Assembly: GCA_902470345.1 (NCBI GenBank)
Contig: CABRGB010000004.1
Span: 628-64,627, forward strand
DNA from: an uncultured Collinsella sp.
GTDB lineage: Bacteria > Actinomycetota > Coriobacteriia > Coriobacteriales > Coriobacteriaceae
Reading direction: 5' to 3'
DNA length: 64,000 bases
Shown here: positions 1 to 11,234 of the stretch, piece after piece
Position numbering within the stretch: the first letter of the stretch is position 1
Layout of the letters: every line of letters starts with the position of its first letter
Position numbers and translations under genes: made by a program
Notes under the pieces: generated by a model
The model's database searches: none
What the model was told of the DNA's origin: nothing
The model's input: the letters and a program-made list of their open reading frames with translations, nothing else

Positions 1-359
1 TGGCGCAGGTAGGCATGCTCTTTGAGCTCGCGGCCATCTTTGGGCGCGGCATTAAGCCCGAGCGCGGCTACGAGGTCGCGGGCGTGCTTGCCGGCGGTCT
101 GGTGATTCGCGCCGTCACCCGTGCATTGGTGAAGCAGACGCCGCACATCGGCTTTGTTGTAAAGGCGCTTACCGCCGCCGCGGGTACCTATGGCATGGGC
201 CGCGCGCTCGTGTCGCTCTACGAGCGCGATGTGGACTACAGCCGTGCCAATGAGGTTGTCAGCGCCACGTTCTCGCGCGTTCGAGACCTGGTGACCACGG
301 TCGCCGGTGCCACCCGTCCTATGAGTCCTTTCGAGGATGCATCCGATCTCGCTGCTTAG
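1..359 (+). CDS. Hypothetical protein, 5'-truncated by window edge (DUF697-like, Gly/Ala-rich hydrophobic helices)
   Basis: ORF 15..359; the frame is open back to the window start (..AQVGMLFELAAIFG); pattern Q..M...LA..FG ... TY.MG resembles DUF697 proteins. Confidence 0.5.
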   Translation, partial: AQVGMLFELAAIFGRGIKPERGYEVAGVLAGGLVIRAVTRALVKQTPHIGFVVKALTAAAGTYGMGRALVSLYERDVDYSRANEVVSATFSRVRDLVTTVAGATRPMSPFEDASDLAA

Positions 360-368
360 GGGTTTCTT

Positions 369-2246
369 TTGCGCGTTCCATACCAAGACTGTTTTCATCT
401 GATCGAGCCACTGCTCGCTAAGGTCGAAAAGCCGAGTCGCTATATCGACCACGAGTGGGGCACGCTCTCAAAGGCCGATGCCGACTACCGTTGCTGCATG
501 ATCTATCCGGACGTGTATGAGGTCGGCCTGCCCAACCAGGGCATCGCCATTCTCTACAACATCCTTAATCAGTCCGAGGGCATTTCCTGCGAGCGCGGCT
601 ACGTGCCATGGCCCGATATGGGCGATGCCATGCGCGAGGCGGGGATTCCGCTGCTGTCGCTCGAGGGCGCAGCGCCCGTGGCCTCGTTCGATATCGTCGG
701 CATGCACGTGCCGCACGAGATGGCCGTGACGAACTTCCTCGAAGCGCTCGATCTCGCCGGCATTCCGCTGTTGGCTGCCGACCGTACCGAGGACGATCCC
801 ATCATCGTCGCCGGTGGTCCCTCGGTGTATAACCCCGAGCCGTACGCGGCATTCTTCGATGCCATCCTTATTGGCGAGGGCGAGGAGTCGCTGCTCGAGA
901 TTTGCCAGCTGCATCGCCGCTTGCGCGACGAGGGTGTCTCGCGCGCTCAGATTGTCGAGCAGCTCGCGACGGTCGCCGGTACCTATGTGCCGTCCCTATA
1001 TGAGGTGCGCCATGACGAGCCCTGCTCGCCGCATGGCTACACCGTGCCGCGCGAGGGCAAGGATGTCCCGCCGGTAGTCTACAAGCGCGTCGTCGAGGAC
1101 TTTGGCGCCACCAATCCGCTCTCTCAGTCGTGCGTGCCGTATGCGCAGCTCGTCCACGATCGCCTGTCTATCGAGATCCTGCGTGGCTGCGCCCGCGGCT
1201 GCCGTTTTTGCCAGGCCGGCATGACGTATCGCCCGGTGCGCGAACGCTCGGCCGATCAGATTGTGTCATCGGTGATCCAGGGCTTGGAAAAGACTGGCTA
1301 TGACGAGGTGTCGCTTACCTCGCTTTCGACGACCGACCACTCCTGCATCCGCGACGTGCTCGGTAGGCTCAACCGTCGCCTGGAGGACACGGGCATTCGC
1401 GTGTCCATTCCGTCGCAGCGCTTGGACTCGTTTGGCGTTGATATGGCAGAGTCGGTCGCCGGCGAAAAGAAGGGCGGCCTGACATTCGCACCCGAGGCGG
1501 GCAGCCAACGTATGCGCGACATCATCAACAAAAACGTGACCGAGGAGGACTTGGATCGCGCAGCCAAGGCAGCCTTCGAGGCCGGCTGGAACCGCATGAA
1601 GCTCTACTTTATGATGGGTCTTCCCGGCGAGCGAGACGAGGACATCGTGGCTATCGCCAACCTGGCCGATCATGTGCTGGAGCTCGGCCGCTCCGTGGTG
1701 CCCAAGGCGCGCCGCGGGTCTATCTCGGTGTCTATCTCTGTTTCGGTGTTCATCCCCAAGGCGGCAACACCCTTCCAGTGGTGCCCGCAACTCGATTACG
1801 ACGACGTCAAGCGCCGTCAGAAGCTGCTCATCACGAGCGTGCGCAACCGCGCCGTTCGCGTGCACTACCACGATGCGGAGACCTCGCTTATCGAGGCTGC
1901 GCTCTCCCGTGCCGGTCGCGATATGACGCCGGTCATCATCGATGCCTGGCGTGCGGGCTCGCGCTTCGACGCCTGGGTGGAGCACTTCTCGCTCGACAAC
2001 TGGAAGGAGGCCGCTGCCAAAAACGGCATCGACCTCAACGAGCTGGTGCACCTGCCTTACGAGCTGGACTGGCGCCTGCCCTGGGAGCACGTGAGCCCCG
2101 GCTGCACGCGCGGCTTCCTCGAGCGCGAGTATCGCCGTTCGCTCGAGGGCGTCACGACGCCCGACTGCACCCGCACGTCGTGCACCGGCTGCGGAATCTG
2201 CCCCACGCTCCACGCCAAGAACGTACTGATGGGTGATCGCGCATGA
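369..2246 (+). CDS. TIGR03960-family B12-binding radical SAM protein
   Basis: KPSRY start, YPDVYEVG motif, radical SAM triad RGCARGCRFCQAG, C-terminal CTRTSCTGCGIC. Confidence 0.85.
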   Translation: MRVPYQDCFHLIEPLLAKVEKPSRYIDHEWGTLSKADADYRCCMIYPDVYEVGLPNQGIAILYNILNQSEGISCERGYVPWPDMGDAMREAGIPLLSLEGAAPVASFDIVGMHVPHEMAVTNFLEALDLAGIPLLAADRTEDDPIIVAGGPSVYNPEPYAAFFDAILIGEGEESLLEICQLHRRLRDEGVSRAQIVEQLATVAGTYVPSLYEVRHDEPCSPHGYTVPREGKDVPPVVYKRVVEDFGATNPLSQSCVPYAQLVHDRLSIEILRGCARGCRFCQAGMTYRPVRERSADQIVSSVIQGLEKTGYDEVSLTSLSTTDHSCIRDVLGRLNRRLEDTGIRVSIPSQRLDSFGVDMAESVAGEKKGGLTFAPEAGSQRMRDIINKNVTEEDLDRAAKAAFEAGWNRMKLYFMMGLPGERDEDIVAIANLADHVLELGRSVVPKARRGSISVSISVSVFIPKAATPFQWCPQLDYDDVKRRQKLLITSVRNRAVRVHYHDAETSLIEAALSRAGRDMTPVIIDAWRAGSRFDAWVEHFSLDNWKEAAAKNGIDLNELVHLPYELDWRLPWEHVSPGCTRGFLEREYRRSLEGVTTPDCTRTSCTGCGICPTLHAKNVLMGDRA

Positions 2247-3055
2247 GTGAGCGCTTGACCGACAATCCCACGCTCTTTAGGCTGCGCGTTCGCTACGGCA
2301 AGCGTGATCGCCTTAAGTACCTGGGCCATCTGGAACTAATCCACACCATTGAGCGCATCGTGCGCCGTGCGGGCCTGCCTTATGCCGTGACGCAGGGTTT
2401 TTCGCCGCATATGCGCGTGGGCTTTTCGTCGGCGCTGCCCGTGGGCACGTCGTCGACCTGCGAGTGGTATGACCTGTTTATGACGGAGTTCGTCACTCTC
2501 GACGAGGCCTTTGAGCGCCTGGCCGCTGCATCCCCTGCCGACCTGGCGCCTATCGAGGCTGCCTACATCGACGTGCGCACGCCGGCGCTGACGGCTCAGC
2601 TTACGCGTCTGTCGTACCGCATCGACTTGCACCTGGACCCCGAGGCCCCCGTGAGCGCCGACGAGGTGCGCACTGCGATCGACACGCTGCGTGCGGGCCA
2701 TGGCATTGACTATGCGCGCGGCAAAAAGAGCAAGCGTCTTGATCTGGACCATACGCTCGTTGGCTATGAGCTCGCGGCGGGGGAGCGTGAGGACCATCTG
2801 GTGCTCATGCTCGACACCCATGCCGACAACGAGGGCTCCATGCGTCCGGAGATTTTGCTTTCTGCTGCTGATGTTTTGTTGCAGGGCTTGACCCCGGGCG
2901 TCGATGCACCTATTGTTTCCACCGGTATGCAAGACCTCGTGACCATCTGCTCCTACGATGTCGAGCGTCAGAATCAAGCATGCGAGGACGACGAGGGCCG
3001 ACTCGTCAGCCCCATACCTGTGCGAACTTGTGGATTTGCTCCACATACTCGTTGA
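2243..3055 (+). CDS. TIGR03936-family radical SAM-associated protein (DUF2344)
   Basis: LKYLGHLEL..RAGLP..TQGFSPH...FSSALPVG motif; ATGA overlap with upstream gene. Confidence 0.85.
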   Translation: MSERLTDNPTLFRLRVRYGKRDRLKYLGHLELIHTIERIVRRAGLPYAVTQGFSPHMRVGFSSALPVGTSSTCEWYDLFMTEFVTLDEAFERLAAASPADLAPIEAAYIDVRTPALTAQLTRLSYRIDLHLDPEAPVSADEVRTAIDTLRAGHGIDYARGKKSKRLDLDHTLVGYELAAGEREDHLVLMLDTHADNEGSMRPEILLSAADVLLQGLTPGVDAPIVSTGMQDLVTICSYDVERQNQACEDDEGRLVSPIPVRTCGFAPHTR

Positions 3056-3080
3056 CGGGGGTATTATCGCCTGCTACTAT
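3052..3080 (+). promoter_or_regulatory. Sigma70-type promoter of rplU-rpmA
   Basis: TTGACG (3052-3057), 17 bp spacer, TG-c-TACTAT (3072-3080). Confidence 0.6.
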
Positions 3081-3122
3081 ATTCGGCTGTTGCACTAACT
3101 GATGCATGAAGGGCAAGTAAAC

Positions 3123-3497
3123 ATGTACGCAATCGTTAACACGGGCGGCAAGCAGTACAAGGTCGCCACCGACGATGTCATCACCGTCGAGAAGATCGAG
3201 GGCAATGAGGGCGACAAGGTCACCCTGCCGGTCATCTTCCTCAACGATGGTAAGAAGATCGTCACCGATCCCGACAAGCTGGCCAAGGCCAAGGTTACCG
3301 CTCAGATCGTTGAGCAGTTCAAGGGCGAGAAGCAGCTGGTCTTCAAGTTCCACAAGCGTAAGCGCTATCGTCGTCTGAAGGGTCACCGTCAGCAGCTCAC
3401 CAAGCTGAAGATCGTGAAGGTCCAGGCTACGTCCCGCGCCAAGAAGGCTGTCAAGGCAGAGGCCGAGGCTGTTGCCGAGGCTCCCGTCGCCGAGTAG
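3123..3497 (+). CDS. rplU: 50S ribosomal protein bL21
   Basis: MYAIVNTGGKQYKV...GHRQQLT; start moved to ATG 3123. Confidence 0.97.
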   Translation: MYAIVNTGGKQYKVATDDVITVEKIEGNEGDKVTLPVIFLNDGKKIVTDPDKLAKAKVTAQIVEQFKGEKQLVFKFHKRKRYRRLKGHRQQLTKLKIVKVQATSRAKKAVKAEAEAVAEAPVAE

Positions 3498-3530
3498 ATT
3501 ACACTCGTAACGAAAGAGTAGGTATACACA

Positions 3531-3788
3531 ATGGCACACAAAAAAGGACTCGGTTCCTCCCGTAATGGCCGTGACTCCCGCGGTCAGCGCCTTGGCACGA
3601 AGCGCTTCGCCGGCCAGACGGTAACCACGGGCACGATTCTCGTCCGTCAGCACGGCACGCACATCCACCCGGGTGAGAACGTTGGCCGTGGCAAGGACGA
3701 CACGCTGTTCGCGCTGGTCGACGGTACCGTTGAGTTCCACAAGGGTATCAAGCACAGGGTCAGCGTACGCCCGCTCGCGAACGCGTAA
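3531..3788 (+). CDS. rpmA: 50S ribosomal protein bL27
   Basis: [16 protein letters not shown]...[11 protein letters not shown]. Confidence 0.98.
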   Translation: MAHKKGLGSSRNGRDSRGQRLGTKRFAGQTVTTGTILVRQHGTHIHPGENVGRGKDDTLFALVDGTVEFHKGIKHRVSVRPLANA

Positions 3789-3813
3789 TTCACCCTTCAT
3801 AGAGCACATATGT

Positions 3814-3857
3814 GGGAGGCACTTGAGTTTTAGGATTCAAGGGTCTCCCTCTTTTTT
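3814..3857 (+). terminator. Probable intrinsic terminator after rpmA
   Basis: GGGAGGC.CTTGAGT...ATTCAAGGGTCTCCC hairpin followed by T-tract. Confidence 0.6.
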
Positions 3858-3861
3858 GTAG

Positions 3862-5343
<1,482 letters not shown>

Positions 5344-5346
5344 GCC

Positions 5347-6024
5347 ATGTCGCTGCGCGGTGGAATTGGTCTGCCTGAGCTGCCTATCAAGGATGGGCAG
5401 GAGTTTCGGCTTGGCATTATGGGTGGCACCTTCGACCCGATTCATTACGGGCACTTGGTTACCGCCGAGCAGGCGCGCGAGTCGCTCGACTTGGACGCAG
5501 TTCTCTTTATGCCGGCCGGCTCTCCCGCCTTTAAGCTCGACAAACCGGTGACGCCTGCCGAGGACCGTTATGCCATGACGGTCCTCGCCACCGCTGCGAA
5601 TCCGGCTTTTTTGGCGAGCCGTTTCGAGATCGACCGTCCGGGCGTGACCTATACGGCCGATACGCTTCATGCCCTTCGCGATTTTTACCCGCCTCAGGTA
5701 AAACTCTACTTTATTACGGGCGCCGACGCGATTATCGATATTGTTACCTGGCATAATGCTTACGAGATTGCCGAACTGGCAACCTTTATTGCTGCGACAC
5801 GTCCCGGTTTTGACATCGATACGGCCCGGGCGAGGATTAAGGAATCGGGGTTGCCATTCGACGTGCGCTATATCCAGATTCCGGCGCTGGCGATTAGCTC
5901 GACCAACATTCGCAAGCGAGTTGCCCGTGGCATGAGCGTGCGCTATCTTACGAGCGAGTCCGTGCTCGGCTATATTCGCAAACGCGGGCTGTATGCCGAT
6001 CTGGGTCAAGAAGATTTTGAGTGA
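5347..6024 (+). CDS. nadD: Nicotinate-nucleotide adenylyltransferase
   Basis: GGTFDPIHYGH, FITGAD, ISSTNIR. Confidence 0.95.
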   Translation: MSLRGGIGLPELPIKDGQEFRLGIMGGTFDPIHYGHLVTAEQARESLDLDAVLFMPAGSPAFKLDKPVTPAEDRYAMTVLATAANPAFLASRFEIDRPGVTYTADTLHALRDFYPPQVKLYFITGADAIIDIVTWHNAYEIAELATFIAATRPGFDIDTARARIKESGLPFDVRYIQIPALAISSTNIRKRVARGMSVRYLTSESVLGYIRKRGLYADLGQEDFE

Positions 6025-6036
6025 TGGGGGTCTACG

Positions 6037-6645
6037 TTGTCGGTAGAGGATCAGTTTGAGGGCGATGAGCGCGCGCTGCTCAAGCGCATTCAAGAGCTGC
6101 TCGATGTGCGTATGAAGGATAAGCGCAAGCGCTACGTGCATTCGCTAGGGGTTGCCGAGACCGCGCTGCACCTAGCCGAGGTATACGGTGTCGACCGCTT
6201 TAATGCCGCTGCCGCCGGCCTGATCCATGACTGGGATAAGGTACTCTCCGACGACGAGCTGGTCACGCGCGCTCTGCATTACGGCATTAAGATTGCCGGC
6301 TCTCCGTCTGCCGCGACGCCGCTTTTGCATGGACCGGTTGCCGCCTATGAGCTTCCGCAGCTTTTTCCCGAGCTGTCGCCGGCGGTCTTTCAGGCTGTTG
6401 ACCGTCACACCGTGGGCGCCTGCGACATGACGCCGCTCGATATGGTGGTCTTTGTTGCCGATGCCATCGAACCCAACCGCCATGGTGATTATGCCCACGC
6501 GCTGCGCAAGATGGTGGGGGAGTCGACGCTTGACGAGTTGTTCTTCTCCTGTTTTGCACAGGGTCTGGTCTATGTGATCCAGTCCGGGCGCTATCTTTAT
6601 CCCACGGCTATTACGATTTACAACCATTACGCCCAGCTGCGCTAG
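6037..6645 (+). CDS. yqeK: HD-domain hydrolase YqeK (Ap4A hydrolase family)
   Basis: RYVHSLGV, GLIHDWDK, LLHG, HTVG, VADAIEPNR; nadD-yqeK-rsfS order. Confidence 0.88.
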   Translation: MSVEDQFEGDERALLKRIQELLDVRMKDKRKRYVHSLGVAETALHLAEVYGVDRFNAAAAGLIHDWDKVLSDDELVTRALHYGIKIAGSPSAATPLLHGPVAAYELPQLFPELSPAVFQAVDRHTVGACDMTPLDMVVFVADAIEPNRHGDYAHALRKMVGESTLDELFFSCFAQGLVYVIQSGRYLYPTAITIYNHYAQLR

Positions 6646-6673
6646 CTCGGGTGCGTCTAGAAAGAGGTATTCC

Positions 6674-7129
6674 ATGGCCGACGAGACCATGACCGACGAG
6701 CAGATTCTTGAAGGTGTGGAGCACAAGAGCTTCGTTGCCACGTCCGACCGCACCGCCGCCTCGCTGTCCGCGAGCGGTGTCGCCGCCGAGGATGTCGCCC
6801 GCGCCGCTGCGCAGGCCGCCTACGACAAGAAGGGCGAGGACGTTCAGGTGCTCGACCTGACTGAGCTTTCCGATGTTTGCGACTACTTTGTCCTTGCTAC
6901 CGGCACCAACAACCGCCAGGTTGATTCTATCGTCGACGAGATCGAGGAGAAAGTCGCCGAGGCTTGCGGTGAGCACCCGTTCTCCATCGAGGGCCGCGAG
7001 CAGAAGACCTGGATGCTTATGGACTACGGCTCGGTCGTCGTCCACGTCTTCACCCCCGAGGCACGTGACTTCTACCGTCTCGAGAAGCTCTGGGGCGACG
7101 CCCCCCAGCTCCCCCTCAACCTTCTCTAG
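6674..7129 (+). CDS. rsfS: Ribosome silencing factor RsfS (iojap)
   Basis: DKKGEDV..LD...DYFVLATG, WMLMDYGSVVVHVF..EARDFYRLEKLWGDA. Confidence 0.95.
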   Translation: MADETMTDEQILEGVEHKSFVATSDRTAASLSASGVAAEDVARAAAQAAYDKKGEDVQVLDLTELSDVCDYFVLATGTNNRQVDSIVDEIEEKVAEACGEHPFSIEGREQKTWMLMDYGSVVVHVFTPEARDFYRLEKLWGDAPQLPLNLL

Positions 7130-7175
7130 TAGTTAATTTGGGACGGGGCTTCTCTAGAGTTACCCTCTACCGTTC

Positions 7176-7217
7176 GCCGGGCAGTTGCACTACCTGCAGC
7201 TGCCCGGCTTTCTTTTT
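7176..7217 (+). terminator. Intrinsic terminator after rsfS, between convergent rsfS and dinB
   Basis: GCCGGGCAGTTGCA-ctacc-TGCAGCTGCCCGGC then TTTCTTTTT. Confidence 0.75.
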
Positions 7218-7229
7218 GCCCAAAGGCGG

Positions 7230-8483
7230 TTAATCGTTGAAGCGGGATTGGCGGCCGAAGGATAGGGCGGTGTCGCCGAATTTGTCTCGGACGGCGTCGA
7301 TGGCGACGGAGAGGTCGCGGCGGTCGCTGGATTGGGCTCCGCGGTCATCGATCTTGCAGAACAGGTCGGTTTGGATACCGCCTTGGTGGTTGAAGTCGCT
7401 CATGCCGATACCCGTCAGACGCACGTGCATGCCTTCTTGCCAGATATTGTCGAGCAGTTCGAGCGCCACAGCTACAAAGATATTCTCGTCGTCGGTGGGG
7501 TGGGGCAAGCGGCGCTGTGCCGTGCGTCCGCTGCCGTAAGAGTATTTGAGCTTGAGCGTTACGGTTCCGCCCGTCAGCCCCTGACGGCGCAGACGGCGTC
7601 CCACTGACTCTCCCAACAGCGCAATCGCCGCCTCAATATCCCCACGCTCAGTCAAATCCTTCGCAAAGGTGCGCTCATTGCTCACCGATTTAACTTCACG
7701 TTCTTCATCCAGACTGGTGACCTCGGATGCTTCGAGCCCCAAAGCACGTTGACGCATGCGCTCGCCATTCACGCCAAAGATTGCAGCCAGGGTGGACTCT
7801 GGCGCGCGTGAAAGCTCGCCGAGTGTATAGATGCGCATGCGGCGCAATCGCTCCTCGGCAGAACGCCCGATTCCGCTCATGGCGGACACGGGCAGCGCGG
7901 CCAAAAACCGCTGTTCCGTACCGGGGCGCACAATGGTCAGACCAAACGGCTTGTCACGCTCGCTTGCGATTTTGGCCACGGTCTTGTTGCACCCAACGCC
8001 GATGGAGCACGTCACCCCCAGCGCCGCAACGCGGTCGCTTATGCGCCGCGCTACCAGTAGCGGATCTTCGGGCGCAAACCGGCCCGGTGTGATATCGATA
8101 AAGGCCTCGTCGATGGAAACGCGTTCAACGCGCGGGGTCTCGTCGGCGAGAATCGACATGACCTGCGCGCTCACTTCACGGTAGCGATCAAAGTGTCCGT
8201 GCGTCCAAATGGCCTGCGGGCACAGGCGCCGCGCCTCGGCCGAGGCCATGGCAGAATGCACGCCAAAGCGACGTGCCTCGTACGAACACGTGGACACGAC
8301 GCCGCGTGACTCGGCGTCTCCGCCCACGATGAGCGGCTTTCCGCGCCATTCGGGATGATCGAGCATCTCCACGCTCGCAAAAAATGCATCGAGGTCCATC
8401 AGGCCCACCGCCGGACCCGTCCAGGGCGGCGGCGTGACGCCCGCAGCATCCTCATAACCGTATGTATGTTCGCGTCTTTCCAT
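7230..8483 (-). CDS. dinB: DNA polymerase IV (Y family)
   Basis: DLDAFFASVE, SYEARRFGVHSAM, SIDEAF, KIASERDKP. Confidence 0.93.
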   Translation of the reverse strand: MERREHTYGYEDAAGVTPPPWTGPAVGLMDLDAFFASVEMLDHPEWRGKPLIVGGDAESRGVVSTCSYEARRFGVHSAMASAEARRLCPQAIWTHGHFDRYREVSAQVMSILADETPRVERVSIDEAFIDITPGRFAPEDPLLVARRISDRVAALGVTCSIGVGCNKTVAKIASERDKPFGLTIVRPGTEQRFLAALPVSAMSGIGRSAEERLRRMRIYTLGELSRAPESTLAAIFGVNGERMRQRALGLEASEVTSLDEEREVKSVSNERTFAKDLTERGDIEAAIALLGESVGRRLRRQGLTGGTVTLKLKYSYGSGRTAQRRLPHPTDDENIFVAVALELLDNIWQEGMHVRLTGIGMSDFNHQGGIQTDLFCKIDDRGAQSSDRRDLSVAIDAVRDKFGDTALSFGRQSRFND

Positions 8484-8684
8484 GTCATGAGTATACCGCG
8501 CAGCTCATGTGGGGTGCGTGTATGTGCTTGCAAATCGCGAATTCTTGTCTAAGATATGGATTTGCCCTCGACTACACCGAAGAAGTTGGTCTCACGGACT
8601 TCACCTGCCCGCGTCGATGGCGTATTATGTTCAACTGTTTGTTTGTAGTTGCAGCCTAAAGCTGCTTGGTTGGAGGAGTTTCCT

Positions 8685-9026
8685 TTGGCAGTCAAGATTC
8701 GCCTTGCTCGTCACGGCGCTAAGAAGCGTCCGTACTACCGTGTCGTCGTCGCCGATTCCCGCGCCCCGCGTGACGGTCGTATCATCGAGGAGGTTGGCCG
8801 CTACAACCCGATGACCGCCCCCAAGACCATTAACCTCGACCTCGAGAAGATCGCTGACTGGCAGTCCAAGGGCGCTCAGCTCACCGACGCTGTCGCCGCT
8901 CTGGTCAAGGCCGCCAACGAGGGTGAGAAGACCGAGACCGTCGTCAAGAAGTCCAAGAAGCAGCTCGCCAAAGAGGCCGAGGCCGCTAAGGCTGCCGCTG
9001 AGGCCGCTGAGGGCGCCGAGGAGTAA
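8685..9026 (+). CDS. rpsP: 30S ribosomal protein bS16
   Basis: TTG start after [35 protein letters not shown]. Confidence 0.97.
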   Translation: MAVKIRLARHGAKKRPYYRVVVADSRAPRDGRIIEEVGRYNPMTAPKTINLDLEKIADWQSKGAQLTDAVAALVKAANEGEKTETVVKKSKKQLAKEAEAAKAAAEAAEGAEE

Positions 9027-9029
9027 ATC

Positions 9030-9314
9030 GTGCCTGAGGTTGACGCTGCACAGCTCGAGGGTGAGGCAATGCTCTCAGATCGCATCGCCGATCTCGTCGA
9101 ATATCTCGTTGTTCAGATCGTCGACGACCCGGATTCCGTGAGCCTCGAGGTCATCGATGGTGACGACGCCTCTACGATTGAGGTTTCGGTTGCCGAGGAT
9201 GACGTCGCTAAGGTCATCGGCCGTCGTGGCCGTACTATCAAGGCCATTCGCACGCTCGCCCGTGCACTGGCCGCTCGCCTCGACACTGCTGTCGAGGTAG
9301 AGGTTCTGGGCTAG
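9030..9314 (+). CDS. khpA: KH-domain RNA-binding protein KhpA/YlqC
   Basis: DVAKVIGRRGRTIKAIR; rpsP-khpA-rimM-trmD order. Confidence 0.9.
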   Translation: MPEVDAAQLEGEAMLSDRIADLVEYLVVQIVDDPDSVSLEVIDGDDASTIEVSVAEDDVAKVIGRRGRTIKAIRTLARALAARLDTAVEVEVLG

Positions 9315-9318
9315 GACC

Positions 9319-9840
9319 TTGAGGTCCCAGTACAAAAACATCGCCCGTGTGGTCAAGCCGCACGGAAGGAAGGGGGAGGTCCTCGCGCAGCCGCTGCGGG
9401 GGCTTCCTTCTGTATTGGAGCCGGGTATGCGTGTCGCCTTGACGCCGCCGGCGCTCAAGCGCGACCGTTTTTGCACGGTCGTGTCCGTCACCGATACGGG
9501 CGATGGCGATCTGGTCTCGTTTGAGGGCATAGACGACTTGACGGCCGCCGAGGGCATCACCGGATGCTACGTGCTGGCAAATCGTGACGACTTCGAGCTC
9601 GATTCGCTCGACGCTGCCTACAGCGACCTGATGGGTCGCGAGGTGGTCGACGAGCGCTTTGGCTCGCTCGGCACGATTGTCGAGATCATGTCGACGCCCG
9701 CCAACGATGTTTGGGTTGTCGAGGGTGATCGGTACGGCGAGGTGCTGATTCCCGTGATCGAGCAGGTTGTGCTCGATCTTCCTGACACAGGAACAATTTC
9801 CGCCCACGTTATGGACGGCTTGATCGATATGGACAAGTAG
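9319..9840 (+). CDS. rimM: Ribosome maturation factor RimM
   Basis: VKPHGRKGEV, DLMG, TPANDVWVV, VLIP; synteny. Confidence 0.9.
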   Translation: MRSQYKNIARVVKPHGRKGEVLAQPLRGLPSVLEPGMRVALTPPALKRDRFCTVVSVTDTGDGDLVSFEGIDDLTAAEGITGCYVLANRDDFELDSLDAAYSDLMGREVVDERFGSLGTIVEIMSTPANDVWVVEGDRYGEVLIPVIEQVVLDLPDTGTISAHVMDGLIDMDK

Positions 9841-9850
9841 GGAGGACAGC

Positions 9851-10609
9851 ATGCTGATTGAGACCCTTTCGGTCTTTCCCGAGATGTTTGAGCCCGTCAT
9901 GTCCACGTCGATTTTGGGCCGTGCCCGCAAGGCCGGCCTTTTTGATTTTAAGGCGTACAACCTGCGCGACTGGACGCACGACCGCCATCGCACCGTCGAT
10001 GACGAGCCGTATGGCGGCGGGCAGGGCATGCTCATGAAGGTCGAGCCCATCGCCGAGGCCATCGAGGCCATCAGCTCCGAGGGCCCCAAGCCCACCGTGG
10101 TGTTCTTCACCCCCTGCGGCGATCCCTTTACGCAGCATGTGGCCGAGCGCCTGCTCAAAAGCGAGCGCCTGCTGTTTGTGTGCAGCCGTTACGAGGGCGT
10201 CGACGAGCGTGCATATGCGTATGCCGATGAGCGTCTGTCGATCGGCGACTACGTGCTCACGGGCGGCGAGCTGCCCGCTATGGTTGTGGCCGATGCCGTC
10301 GTACGGCTCATTCCCGGAGCCTTGGGCGACGAGATGAGCAACGTGGACGAGTCCTTCTCGACTGCCGAGGACGGTGGCCTGCTCGAGTACGCGCAGTACA
10401 CCCGCCCCGCCGAGTTCAATGGCGAGGGCGTGCCGCCGGTGCTCGTAAGCGGCGACCACGCCAAAGTTGACGCTTGGCGTCGCAAAAACGCCATCGAGCG
10501 CACCTGCCGCTGGCGTCCCGATCTTATCGAGACGGCGCGGCTCACGCCCGAGGAGCGCGCGTACGCGCAGGAGATCCTGGACGCTTCGTTTTCGCAGAGC
10601 GAGGAGTGA
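9851..10609 (+). CDS. trmD: tRNA (guanine-N1)-methyltransferase
   Basis: VDDEPYGGGQGM, RYEGVDER, SIGDYVLTGGE. Confidence 0.97.
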   Translation: MLIETLSVFPEMFEPVMSTSILGRARKAGLFDFKAYNLRDWTHDRHRTVDDEPYGGGQGMLMKVEPIAEAIEAISSEGPKPTVVFFTPCGDPFTQHVAERLLKSERLLFVCSRYEGVDERAYAYADERLSIGDYVLTGGELPAMVVADAVVRLIPGALGDEMSNVDESFSTAEDGGLLEYAQYTRPAEFNGEGVPPVLVSGDHAKVDAWRRKNAIERTCRWRPDLIETARLTPEERAYAQEILDASFSQSEE

Positions 10610-10611
10610 GA

Positions 10612-11175
10612 ATGGTTCCATCGCAGCATTCCGTGCTAAAGGGTGCGTTTGAGTGGGTCGTGGTTGTCGCAATCGCGCTGGTCGCCACCTTCTTGATTCG
10701 CTCGTTTGTGGTCGAACCCTTTGTGGTGCCTACCGGTTCCATGGAGTCCACGATCGAGATCGGAGACCAGATTCTGGCGCAGAAGGTGACGCTCGAACTC
10801 GGACAGCCCGTCAAGCAAGGCGATATCGTGGTGTTCCACAACCCCGATGCCACGTCCGAGCATGACGTGCTGGTAAAGCGCGTCATCGCCACGGCCGGCC
10901 AGACGGTCGACCTGCAGGACGGCAAGGTCGTCGTCGATGGCCAGGCGCTCGACGAGGACTATACGACTGGCATGAGCTGGCCGCTTTCGGTCCAAGCCCC
11001 TGGCGCTCAGGTGAGCTATCCCTACACCGTCCCTGACGACTGTGTGTGGGTGATGGGCGACAACCGCGAGAACTCTGCTGACTCCCGCTACTTTGGCCCG
11101 GTCGACCGCTCCGATTTGATCGCCGTGGCGCTTGTGCGCTACTGGCCGCTCAACCGTATCGGCGCTATCGATTAA
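10612..11175 (+). CDS. lepB: Signal peptidase I
   Basis: N-terminal TM, PTGSMEST (Ser), VKRVI (Lys), MGDNRENSADSR; start moved to ATG 10612. Confidence 0.93.
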   Translation: MVPSQHSVLKGAFEWVVVVAIALVATFLIRSFVVEPFVVPTGSMESTIEIGDQILAQKVTLELGQPVKQGDIVVFHNPDATSEHDVLVKRVIATAGQTVDLQDGKVVVDGQALDEDYTTGMSWPLSVQAPGAQVSYPYTVPDDCVWVMGDNRENSADSRYFGPVDRSDLIAVALVRYWPLNRIGAID

Positions 11176-11234
11176 AAACCGCTATAGTACAGTACCTAAC
11201 CGTGTAATCGTTTCGACGAGGGGATATAAGAGGC

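Noticed and set aside
7135..7170. ATTTGGGACGGGG after rsfS as a stray REP copy
   Set aside because: Only about 9 bp match the RAYT-flanking core and there is no inverted partner; could be chance.
11176..11234. T-box riboswitch upstream of glyQ (or of proS)
   Set aside because: The gap is only about 60 bp (zero for proS) and has no T-box consensus.
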